Origin: Thermoplasmatota archaeon
GTDB lineage: Archaea; Thermoplasmatota; E2; JACPAO01; JAHFTW01
Direction of reading: 5' to 3'
DNA length: 33,574 bases
Assembly: GCA_041636435.1 (NCBI GenBank)
Contig: JBFKTF010000002.1
Coordinates: 1 to 33,574 of the forward strand
Below are positions 16,175 to 23,937 of this stretch, in pieces. The notes beneath the pieces are model-generated. The model saw nothing but the letters and a program-made list of their open reading frames with translations. It did no database searches and was not told where the DNA came from. Within the stretch, counting starts at the first letter, position 1. Each line of letters starts with the position of its first letter. The position numbers were made by a program, and so were the translations under genes.

Positions 16175-16195
16175 CCCGGGGGTGAGGCCCCCGGG
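16175..16195. repeat. Perfect 8-bp GC inverted repeat (CCCGGGGG / CCCCCGGG) with 5-nt loop between the S15 peptidase and matrixin genes
   Basis: Arms at 16175-16182 and 16188-16195, loop TGAGG. No T-tract on either side, so its function (terminator, processing site or protein-binding site) is open. Confidence 0.5.
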
Positions 16196-16213
16196 TGCAC
16201 GGGACCTTGTGGC

Positions 16214-18058
16214 CTACTGGTTGTCGGGGTCGTCCGGGTCGTATTCCAGGACGCCGGCGTGCGGGCGGCCACCATTCTGGGCGGTCGGGGGCGTGAAGTA
16301 CACGCTCTCGTCGCGCTCGATGGTGGGGATCTTGATCAGCGACTCGGGACCGATGTGCAGGGTGACACCGTTGGGGGGCAGCGTCGGCAGGCGGTCGCCG
16401 TCGGTGAAGACCCAGAGGCGCACCAGGAGGTTGTGGCCCTCGCGGATGACACCGTCCATGGGTTGGACTTCCATCTTGACCTCGAGGGGTTGGCCGGGGA
16501 CGACGGGCACCGGTTCGGTGCCGCCGGCGGCGTAGAGGAGGTTCATGGTGGTCCAGCCGAGGCGGCGCAGTTCGCCGGTGGGGCTCTCTTCGTACACATA
16601 CGCCGCCATGTAACCGCCGGGGCCGTGGGGCGTCACGGTGACGTGCACCAGGGGCAGGCCGCTGATGAGTTGCTCTTCTTCGGCCGGGTTGAGGCGGAAG
16701 TCGACGCTGATGCTGGCGTCCTCGACGGGCAGGCCACCGGGGAGGGTGGGGTTGCCGTTGGGGTTCGGGAGCAGGATGCGGTCGGCGGCCACGGCGCCCT
16801 CTTCGACGAGGTAGCCGTTGGCGCTGGTCTGGTACGGAGTCCAGGTCGCATCGCGGGGCGGGAAGTGGTCTTCGCTGCGCCAGCGACCCAGGGAGTCGCG
16901 AATCTGCACGGCGGGGCCGGTGTCGACATCCTCGCCCTTGAGCTCGGAGTCGAGCCAGCGCAGCAGGATCTCTTGGTGGTCGGCGCGGTAGGCCGTCTGG
17001 CGGTTGAACGCCTGCTCGGGATCCATCTCGTCGCCGCGGCCGATGCCGTCGGGCCACGCGTGGCCCCATTGGCCAAGCAATTGCTTGGTCTTCATGCCCT
17101 GCTTGTCCAGTTCATCCACCCAGGGAATGACTTGGCTGGGGTCGACGTTCCAGTCCTGCAGGCCTTGCACGCTGAAGACGCTGCCTTGGTAGTTGGCCTC
17201 GACACCGGCCTTGCGGTTGCGTTCTTGCCACCAGCCGGTGGCGTCGTATCCGGTGAAGGCTGCGATGCCGCTGGTGGCCAAGCCGTGGTAGGCGTCGGGG
17301 CAGACGGCGCGGAAGGGGATTTCCTCTTGGGGTGCGCTGGTGACGCCGCCGGCGATGTAGAGCGCGTTCAGAAGGAGCGGTCCGCGGGTTTCGCTGCTGC
17401 CGTTGCGGTACATGAGGCCGTGCATGTCGGGCACGCCACTGATGGGGATGATGGTCTTGAGGTGGGGGTTGCCCTTGCTGGCGACGCCCCAGGGCGTGGA
17501 GCCGTCGTAGCTGACGCCGGTCATGGCGATGTTGCCGTTGCTCCATTCCTGGGTGCCGAGCCACGTGACCGCGGCGTCGATGTCGTCGGTCTCCTTGGGG
17601 CCCATGAGGTCGTTGCAGCCATCGCTGCCGGCGGTGCCGCGCACCGCGTGGGTGGCGAAGGCGTAGCCGTGGGGCACGAGTTGCTCGATGAGGTTCTGGA
17701 CGCTGCCACCGGGGTTGTCGACGGTGCGGCCCGTGTAGCCAAAGTAGGGGCTACTGAACAGCATCACGGGGAAGGGGCCGTCGCCTTCGGGGAGCCAGAG
17801 ACCCATTTCGATGTCGACGCCGTCGACGGGGCTGGGGATGGTGAAGCGGACGGGGTCCAGAATCTCCAGGGCGCCTTCTTCCAGCACGCGGCTGTACGGG
17901 CCGGTTAGGTTGTAGACGCCCGAGGGGCTGACGATGGTGCCGCTGGGGGCGGTGATGACGTCGTCGAGGACATCGTCCACCGCTTCGGTGGCGTCGGGGG
18001 TGTTGGCGCAGCCGGCCAAACCGGCCGTCACGAGGAGTAGGAACACGAGCACACGCAT
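16214..18058 (-). CDS. CocE/NonD-family hydrolase / X-Pro dipeptidyl-peptidase (S15), lipoprotein
   Basis: ATG 18058 inside ORF 16214..18088 gives MRVLVFLLLVTAGLAGC (lipobox). Features: PVMLFSSPYFGY, nucleophile elbow GVSYDGS, and a large C-terminal beta domain typical of S15 enzymes. Confidence 0.85.
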   Translation of the reverse strand: MRVLVFLLLVTAGLAGCANTPDATEAVDDVLDDVITAPSGTIVSPSGVYNLTGPYSRVLEEGALEILDPVRFTIPSPVDGVDIEMGLWLPEGDGPFPVMLFSSPYFGYTGRTVDNPGGSVQNLIEQLVPHGYAFATHAVRGTAGSDGCNDLMGPKETDDIDAAVTWLGTQEWSNGNIAMTGVSYDGSTPWGVASKGNPHLKTIIPISGVPDMHGLMYRNGSSETRGPLLLNALYIAGGVTSAPQEEIPFRAVCPDAYHGLATSGIAAFTGYDATGWWQERNRKAGVEANYQGSVFSVQGLQDWNVDPSQVIPWVDELDKQGMKTKQLLGQWGHAWPDGIGRGDEMDPEQAFNRQTAYRADHQEILLRWLDSELKGEDVDTGPAVQIRDSLGRWRSEDHFPPRDATWTPYQTSANGYLVEEGAVAADRILLPNPNGNPTLPGGLPVEDASISVDFRLNPAEEEQLISGLPLVHVTVTPHGPGGYMAAYVYEESPTGELRRLGWTTMNLLYAAGGTEPVPVVPGQPLEVKMEVQPMDGVIREGHNLLVRLWVFTDGDRLPTLPPNGVTLHIGPESLIKIPTIERDESVYFTPPTAQNGGRPHAGVLEYDPDDPDNQ

Positions 18059-18150
18059 GGAATCGGCGAACCACTGCGCCCATGCCACAAAGCCGTTGCC
18101 GCGCTGGAGTTGCTGGAAAGAGACTTGACCGCCCCGGGCGCTGCGGCGTC

Positions 18151-19404
18151 ATGGATGTCCGCGCGGCCGCCGAGGCCGCCAACAAAGCCGCCCGTGCGTT
18201 GCTTGCCAGCGACGACGCCGTGCGCCGTCAGGCCATGGTCTGCATCGGCGATGCCATCTTGGCCGCCAAGCAGCAGATCCTGCAAGCCAACCAGGAGGAC
18301 TTGGACGCCGCCACGGACTTGGCGCCGGCCATGCGGCAACGCTTGGAACTGCCCAGGCAGAAACTGGAGGCCGCCCTAACCGGCCTGCGGCAACTGGCGG
18401 AGGCGCCCGACCCGTTGCACCGCATCGTGGACAGCAAGCACGTCGTGGATGGCCTGTACTTGTTCCAAGAAACGGTGCCCATCGGCACCATCGCCTGCAT
18501 CTTCGAATCCCGTCCCGACGTGTGCATCCAGATTCCCGCGTTGACCATCCGCAGCGGCAACGCGGTCTTGCTCAAGGGAGGCACCGAGGCGCAGCACACC
18601 AACGCCGCCATCGTGGACGCCGTCCAAGCGGGCCTGCAAGAAGCAGGCCTCCCCAAGGACGCGGTGACGTTGCTTCCCGGACGCCAAGAAGTGCAGGAGC
18701 TGCTGGCCATGGACGACTTGGTGGACCTCATCGTGCCCCGCGGCAGCAATGCCTTGGTGCGCAGCATCCAGGACAACACCCGCATCCCCGTCATGGGACA
18801 CGCCGAAGGCATCTGCCACATCTACATCGACTCCAAGGCCGACCTGGCGAAGGCAGAGGCCATCGTGCTGGATGCCAAGACCGACTACCCCAGCGCGTGC
18901 AACGCCGTGGAGACCATCCTGGTGCACGAAGAATTGGCATCATGGTGGCATGGCATGGCGGAACGCCTCGTCGAGGCCGGCGTGCAAATCCATACGGAAG
19001 CGGACTTCGATACCGAATACGGCGCCCTCGAAGTGGCGGTGCGCTTCGTCCCCAACGTCGATGAAGCGATGGACCACATCGCGCGGCATGGCTCCAAGCA
19101 CACCGACGCCATCGTCACCGAAGACGCCCAGACCGCCATGCGGTTCGTGCACTCCGTGGACTCGGCCGGCGTCTTCGTCAACGCCTCCACTCGGTTTGCG
19201 GATGGGTTCCGATACGGTTTGGGCGCGGAAGTGGGCATCAGCACCGGCAAATTGCACGCCCGTGGCCCCGTGGGGCTCGAAGGCTTGCTTTCCAGGCGAT
19301 GGGTGATGGTCGGTGACGGCCACACGGCCGGCGCGTTGAAAGCCGAGGACTATCTTCACGCACCGCACGACGGGGACATCCGTCGCGCCATCGAGGGCCA
19401 ATGA
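18151..19404 (+). CDS. proA: Glutamate-5-semialdehyde dehydrogenase (gamma-glutamyl phosphate reductase)
   Basis: ATG 18151 inside ORF 18082..19404. VPIGTIACIFESRPDVCIQIPALTIRSGNAVLLKGGTEA and the C-terminal VFVNASTRFADGF...GISTGKLHARGP are ProA hallmarks. Confidence 0.95.
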   Translation: MDVRAAAEAANKAARALLASDDAVRRQAMVCIGDAILAAKQQILQANQEDLDAATDLAPAMRQRLELPRQKLEAALTGLRQLAEAPDPLHRIVDSKHVVDGLYLFQETVPIGTIACIFESRPDVCIQIPALTIRSGNAVLLKGGTEAQHTNAAIVDAVQAGLQEAGLPKDAVTLLPGRQEVQELLAMDDLVDLIVPRGSNALVRSIQDNTRIPVMGHAEGICHIYIDSKADLAKAEAIVLDAKTDYPSACNAVETILVHEELASWWHGMAERLVEAGVQIHTEADFDTEYGALEVAVRFVPNVDEAMDHIARHGSKHTDAIVTEDAQTAMRFVHSVDSAGVFVNASTRFADGFRYGLGAEVGISTGKLHARGPVGLEGLLSRRWVMVGDGHTAGALKAEDYLHAPHDGDIRRAIEGQ

Positions 19405-20519
19405 ACATCACCAACCGTCGCATCGTCATCAAGCTCGGCACCAACACGTTGTGCGATCCCAATGGCATGCCCGACCGGACCCTCATGGCCGCCTTGGCCA
19501 AGGAGATGCACGAACTGCGTCTGCACGGCCACCAATTCATCGTCATCAGCAGTGGCGCCATCGGCACCGGCCGCGCCGCGCTCAAGCTCCAGGACGCACC
19601 CATCGATGTCCCCACCAAGCAGGCCTGCGCCGCCGTGGGCCAGCACCGCCTCATGCAGTGCTGGGACGAGGCCCTCTCCAAGCACAAGATGCGCGCCGCC
19701 CAGATTCTGGTCAGCAGCGAGACGTTCGACGAACGCCACCGCTACGTGAACCTCCGCAACTGCATCGACCAACTGCTCAAGCTGGGTGCCGTGCCCATCG
19801 TCAACGAGAACGACGTGACCGCGACGGACGAGATTCAGGAGACGTTCACGGACAACGACTTCCTGGGCGCTCTCGTGGCGGCCCGCGTCGAAGCGGACCT
19901 GTACGTGATTCTGAGCGACGTGCAGGGCCTATTCGACAAGCCCCCGCACGAGGCCGGCGCCAACTTCGTGCCCCGCGTCAAGAAGGTGGATGCCTCCGTC
20001 ATCGCGATGGCGGGCTCCCGTCCCGGCAAGAACGGCCGCGGCGGCATGTTGAGCAAGCTCGAATCGACGCGCTACCTGACGGAGGCCGGCGTCCCCGTGG
20101 TCATTGCCTATGGCCGCGACGACGACATCCTCCAGCAGCTCATCGAGCCCCACGACGACCCCGAAGTGGAACGCCCCGGCACCTGGTTCGATGCCGTGGG
20201 GCAACGGGATGGCATGGAACGTTGGATCCAAGTGACCCGCAGCCACGGCACCGTCCACGTGGACGCCGGCGCCGTCAAGGCACTCCAGGACGGCTACCAT
20301 TTGTTGCCGGCCGGCGTCACGGGCGTCGACGGCGACTTCCCCGTGGAGTCGGTGGTGACCATCGCCCACGAAGGCAAGGAAATCGCCCGGGCGGTGTCGT
20401 TGCTGAGCAGCCGCGAACTGGATCGTTGCAAGGGCATGCAGAGCGACGAAGCCAAGGACCTGCTGGGTCTCGAAGGCACAGTCAACGTGACCCGCAAGGG
20501 CCGCATCGTGATGCAGTGA
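19401..20519 (+). CDS. proB: Glutamate 5-kinase with C-terminal PUA domain
   Basis: ORF of 372 aa: MNITNRRIVIKLGTNTL..., amino-acid kinase fold, then PUA-like VHVDAGAVKALQDGYHLLPAGVTGVDGDF. The ATG overlaps the proA stop (ATGA 19401-19404). Confidence 0.95.
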   Translation: MNITNRRIVIKLGTNTLCDPNGMPDRTLMAALAKEMHELRLHGHQFIVISSGAIGTGRAALKLQDAPIDVPTKQACAAVGQHRLMQCWDEALSKHKMRAAQILVSSETFDERHRYVNLRNCIDQLLKLGAVPIVNENDVTATDEIQETFTDNDFLGALVAARVEADLYVILSDVQGLFDKPPHEAGANFVPRVKKVDASVIAMAGSRPGKNGRGGMLSKLESTRYLTEAGVPVVIAYGRDDDILQQLIEPHDDPEVERPGTWFDAVGQRDGMERWIQVTRSHGTVHVDAGAVKALQDGYHLLPAGVTGVDGDFPVESVVTIAHEGKEIARAVSLLSSRELDRCKGMQSDEAKDLLGLEGTVNVTRKGRIVMQ

Positions 20520-20933
20520 CTACGTCTGGCACTCGATGTCGTTGAGCGCGTGGGTGATGGCCTCCATCGCCCGCATGTGCTTGAGCGCCTTGAACAGGCC
20601 GCCCGTCAAGTGGAGCTTGCCGGCCAAGAGGGCCTTGCGCTCCGTGATGTCGCCGCGCGTGATTTCGGCAAAGACATCGTATTGGCCACTGACCACGAAC
20701 GTGGGGCGCACGTCGTTGGTGATGGCATGGTAGTCGTGGCCGACGCGGTACTCGGCCAAGCCACCGTCGCGGAACTGCACGTAGATGAAGCCGTAGCAAC
20801 CCTCCGGGGGTTGGAGGATGATGGCGAGGACGCTGATGTCCATGCCTTTGACGGCCGCCAGGATCCGTTCGTCGGCTTCGACGCGCTCCAGGGCCAGTTC
20901 CGCCCACTCCTCGGTCAGGTATCGGACCGCCAA
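20520..20933 (-). CDS. SCP2 (sterol-carrier-protein-2-like) domain protein
   Basis: Distal part of minus ORF 20520..21329. Preferred start is TTG 20933 (M)AVRYLTEEWAELALERV...; the alternative is TTG 20963. C-terminal ERKALLAGKLHLTGGLFKALKHMRAM is the SCP2 signature helix region. The upstream part of the track ORF is antisense to thioredoxin. Confidence 0.75.
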   Translation of the reverse strand: MAVRYLTEEWAELALERVEADERILAAVKGMDISVLAIILQPPEGCYGFIYVQFRDGGLAEYRVGHDYHAITNDVRPTFVVSGQYDVFAEITRGDITERKALLAGKLHLTGGLFKALKHMRAMEAITHALNDIECQT

Positions 20934-21017
20934 CAGGTGGCCGAGCCGCGCAGGCGGTTTCAAGGTGACGACTGCCCGGACCGAGGGCTTTTCCCTGCGA
21001 CCCGGAATGGCTCGGCC

Positions 21018-21335
21018 ATGGGAGAGGTCACGGTCCTCACCGACGCCGACTTCGAATCGTTCACCAAGCAGGACGGTGTCGTCCTGGTCGACTTCTGGGC
21101 CCCCTGGTGTGGACCTTGCAAGCGCATCGCGCCGATCATTGACGAGCTCAGCTCCGAGATGGGCGACGTGCGCTTTGCCAAGATCAACACCGACGAGAAC
21201 CAGCAGACGGCGATTGCCCAGGGCGTCATGTCCATCCCGACGCTCATGGTCTACAAGGACGGCGAAAAGGTGGACACGGTCATTGGCGCGGTCCCCAAGG
21301 ACAGCCTCCAGTCGACGCTCAACAAGCACGTCTGA
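21018..21335 (+). CDS. trxA: Thioredoxin
   Basis: ATG 21018 inside ORF 20550..21335; 105 aa with VLVDFWAPWCGPCK active site. Confidence 0.92.
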   Translation: MGEVTVLTDADFESFTKQDGVVLVDFWAPWCGPCKRIAPIIDELSSEMGDVRFAKINTDENQQTAIAQGVMSIPTLMVYKDGEKVDTVIGAVPKDSLQSTLNKHV

Positions 21336-21358
21336 GTTCGAGGACGCGGACGGAGCGC

Positions 21359-21366
21359 TTTTCTAA
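21359..21366 (+). promoter_or_regulatory. TATA-like box (TTTTCTAA) about 25 nt upstream of TTG 21388
   Basis: The only AT-rich octamer in the 52-nt gap. Its centre is about 25.5 nt before the start codon, matching the spacing seen at several other genes in the window. A GGAGGG motif at 21373-21378 is also present. Confidence 0.25.
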
Positions 21367-21387
21367 CCCCTCGGAGGGTCGTCCTCG

Positions 21388-22239
21388 TTGAGCCGACAAG
21401 TCGTTCTGCTGCGTGAAGGGCCCCCCAAGCGCCGCGGCGCCGTCGTGGACGCCGTGACCGGTGTGCTCGGTGTGCTGTTGCTCATCGGCGCAGGCGTGTT
21501 GGGCGAAGTCTTGCCAGAAGAGGACATCATCCCGGTCCAGTACACGGTGTCGTTCCCCACGAACAACACGGACGCGTTCTTCGTGGGCCCCGAATCGGGC
21601 CAGCCAGTCAAGTCCCTGCTGTTCAACCAGAACAACCCGTTCACCCACGGGGAAACCAAGCAGATTCCATTCACCATTGAGCACGACAACGTCGTGTCCT
21701 TGACGGTGCAGATCTTCATTCCCGGCGACGACGTGCCAAGCAGCCGGCCCGACGTGTTCGGCTTCGAGGTATTCCGCCCCGATGGCACGCCCGCGGGTCT
21801 GCCCTACACGGTGAGCACCGTGGAGCCCCAGGAGCGGCTGCCCAGTGACCCCGCCACGTTGCCCGAGTTCGACCCGGATGCCTCCACATGGTTCAGTCCG
21901 GACGTCACCCACGCGCAGGCGTTCCGCCAGGACGCCGCCCCCAGCTCGGAGAAGCTGAGCGGCGAGAACGGGGAAGACATCGGTGAGGCGGCGGCCATCC
22001 GCTTCGCCTTCGAGAACTACACGCGCCCAAGCGCCGGCACGTGGATCATCGAAGTGACGCTGCGCCAGACGGGCGATTGCCCCGGACCGGGTACGGACGC
22101 GGCCGCCAACCGACGGGAGGCCGACTGCCAGAAAATCACGCAGGACGCCGGAAACCGTGGCCAAGACGAGACCAACCAGATCACGCTGAAGTCGATCCGC
22201 TACGACTACTACGACATCGTGGTGACGCCCCCCGAATAG
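21388..22239 (+). CDS. Exported or membrane-anchored protein with pilin-type (class III-like) N-terminal signal
   Basis: TTG 21388. N-terminus MSRQVVLLREGPPKRRG/AVVDAVTGVLGVLLLIGAGVLG: a basic stretch ending in Gly, then a hydrophobic helix. The rest is acidic and Pro/Thr-rich with no recognised domain. The opposite-strand ORF 21319..22164 is Arg/Gly/His-rich shadow. Confidence 0.7.
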   Translation: MSRQVVLLREGPPKRRGAVVDAVTGVLGVLLLIGAGVLGEVLPEEDIIPVQYTVSFPTNNTDAFFVGPESGQPVKSLLFNQNNPFTHGETKQIPFTIEHDNVVSLTVQIFIPGDDVPSSRPDVFGFEVFRPDGTPAGLPYTVSTVEPQERLPSDPATLPEFDPDASTWFSPDVTHAQAFRQDAAPSSEKLSGENGEDIGEAAAIRFAFENYTRPSAGTWIIEVTLRQTGDCPGPGTDAAANRREADCQKITQDAGNRGQDETNQITLKSIRYDYYDIVVTPPE

Positions 22240-22285
22240 GCCGATACGGTGATTTAGCCGCGCCTGGTGCCATCACCGGAGCAAG

Positions 22286-22891
22286 ATGCAGAGCGACACT
22301 GTCATCGGAATCGTCGGCGCCGTGGTCCTTGTGGCCGTCATGATTGGCGTCTTCGCGTACGAATACAACAATGCCCCCGAGGATGTGGGCAACACCCCGG
22401 ACCCGACGACGCCCGCTGGCCAGATGGCGCTCTTTGCCGCCGCGTACCCTGAATTGAACGCGACGGACGACATCGACCTCGATGGCACGCCCAACTACAT
22501 GGACGACGACATCGACGGCGATGGCATGAACAACACCGCCGATGACGACGGCGTCGTGGTGGTCTTCAACCTGGGCCACAATGCACCGGCACACACCAAC
22601 GCAGCCGGCAGCGGCCCCTACTCTGCCGGGCAGCCCTTCGCTCTGGGCGTTGGCTACGCTGGCGTGAGCGTGGAAGTCAACCACGGCGGCGGCAACCCCG
22701 GCAACACGGCCCGCGTGCAGGCCGACGCGGGCGACGTGGGCACCTGCACCACGACCCAAACCCTGGACTGCGCATTCACCAACACAGGGGACGCCGCCAC
22801 GGGCGAGTACAACCTGCGCCTGCGCCAGACGCAACTCAACCCCAGCGCTCTGCCCGTGACGGTCACCGTGACGGTGACCTACACGGCCTAG
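22286..22891 (+). CDS. Archaeal pilin-N-like protein with thrombospondin-type-3-like Ca-binding repeats
   Basis: ATG 22286 with GGAG 4 nt upstream. MQSDTVIGIVGAVVLVAVMIGVFAYEY resembles the archaeal type IV pilin N-terminal domain (xVIGxxLxVAxxIxxF). DDIDLDGTPNYMDDDIDGDGMNNTADDDG contains two DxDxDG loops. Ends in a (VT)n strand, PVTVTVTVTYTA. Confidence 0.7.
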   Translation: MQSDTVIGIVGAVVLVAVMIGVFAYEYNNAPEDVGNTPDPTTPAGQMALFAAAYPELNATDDIDLDGTPNYMDDDIDGDGMNNTADDDGVVVVFNLGHNAPAHTNAAGSGPYSAGQPFALGVGYAGVSVEVNHGGGNPGNTARVQADAGDVGTCTTTQTLDCAFTNTGDAATGEYNLRLRQTQLNPSALPVTVTVTVTYTA

Positions 22892-23937
22892 ATCTGGTAG
22901 CGTAGCAACGCGGCGATTCCAGACAATTGGTCCAGTCGAGCGCCAGCTTCGTGGCCACTGGCCACCACGTGCACCTTGCAGCGGGTCGCTTCGGCTTGTT
23001 CCAAGGCGGCAGCGAAGCGGCCCTTGCGCAGCGCCTTGTCCGTGATGAGGACCTCTTCGGCGGCACCCAAGGACACGGCGTTGGCCACCTCATCGGGGCC
23101 ATAGGCGACGAGGCCGTCGGTGGCGATCTCGGCCATCACCTTCTCGATTTGTTCGTTCTCCCAGCTGACGCGGTGGTCGCGGGCGACGCGCTCGATGAGA
23201 CCCCGGCTCAAGGCTTCCTGCACGCCGCGGCGACCGCCTTGGCTGGTGCCATCGGTCATGAGGCCCTTGCCCAACTCGGCGTCCTTCTTCTGGACGTGGT
23301 CGATGAATTCCTCGCGCCACCAGCCTGGCCCCACGATGATGGTGGCCACGTCGGGGCTCGTGCGGAGCGTGGAGAGGGTGTGCATCGCTTCGTCATAGAA
23401 GGCCCGCTTGGCGGCGGCCGCGCCATCGAAGCGCTTGCCTTGGCCACTGCTGGGAAGGCTGCCAAGCCATTGCAAGCCGTAGCCGCGCAAGACGGCAAAC
23501 TGGGCTTCGGAGTCGTCGATGGCCAGCAGGACAACGCGAGGGGCCTTGCTGGCGGCCTTGGCCTCCTCCACTTGGTCCACGACCCATTGTGCCAGGGGAC
23601 CTGGCTTCTGGATGGTCAATTCGTCCCGTTCTTCGCGCACGATGTGCGTGTGGTGCTTGCCGTGGTCCTGGGGCCCGGTCTCGATGACGCCGTGCACGCG
23701 CAAGTGGTCATCGAAGTCGTGCCACTCGACCGATTCGACGCGCAAGCCCAAGGTCATGCGCTTCTTCTCCTGTTTGCCGTCGCGGACGCGGTCGCCGGTG
23801 GATTCGGCGGTGCGGTACGTGGACATGGTGACCAAGTCCCCGTCTTGGACCAGGTTGCGCAGGGTCCACAAATCGTCCAGGGTCTCGGTTTGGATCTTCA
23901 GCAGGCCCTCGCCACGAGACATGTGCACGAGCTTCAT
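22888..23937 (-). CDS. pelA: Pelota (Dom34 homolog, ribosome rescue / mRNA surveillance)
   Basis: ATG 23937 inside ORF 22888..24240: MKLVHMSRGEGLLKIQTETLDDLWTLRNLVQDGDLV... (349 aa) has the typical archaeal Pelota N-terminus and an eRF1-like C-terminal region. The ATG overlaps the stop of the NFACT gene (ATGA 23934-23937). Confidence 0.92.
   Translation of the reverse strand: MKLVHMSRGEGLLKIQTETLDDLWTLRNLVQDGDLVTMSTYRTAESTGDRVRDGKQEKKRMTLGLRVESVEWHDFDDHLRVHGVIETGPQDHGKHHTHIVREERDELTIQKPGPLAQWVVDQVEEAKAASKAPRVVLLAIDDSEAQFAVLRGYGLQWLGSLPSSGQGKRFDGAAAAKRAFYDEAMHTLSTLRTSPDVATIIVGPGWWREEFIDHVQKKDAELGKGLMTDGTSQGGRRGVQEALSRGLIERVARDHRVSWENEQIEKVMAEIATDGLVAYGPDEVANAVSLGAAEEVLITDKALRKGRFAAALEQAEATRCKVHVVASGHEAGARLDQLSGIAALLRYQI

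Noticed and set aside
13285-17908. ORFs 13285..14715 (-), 14827..16131 (+) and 16025..17908 (+, 627 aa).
   Set aside because: They lie opposite the lipoprotein, DMT transporter, matrixin and S15 peptidase genes, which have coherent domain signatures. These ORFs have none and show shadow-frame composition.
22853-22880. CCGTGACGGT direct and inverted repeats at the 3' end of the pilin-like gene as a bidirectional terminator.
   Set aside because: The repeat is simply the coding consequence of the (Val-Thr)n peptide PVTVTVTVT. The possible stems have 1-nt loops and cannot fold.
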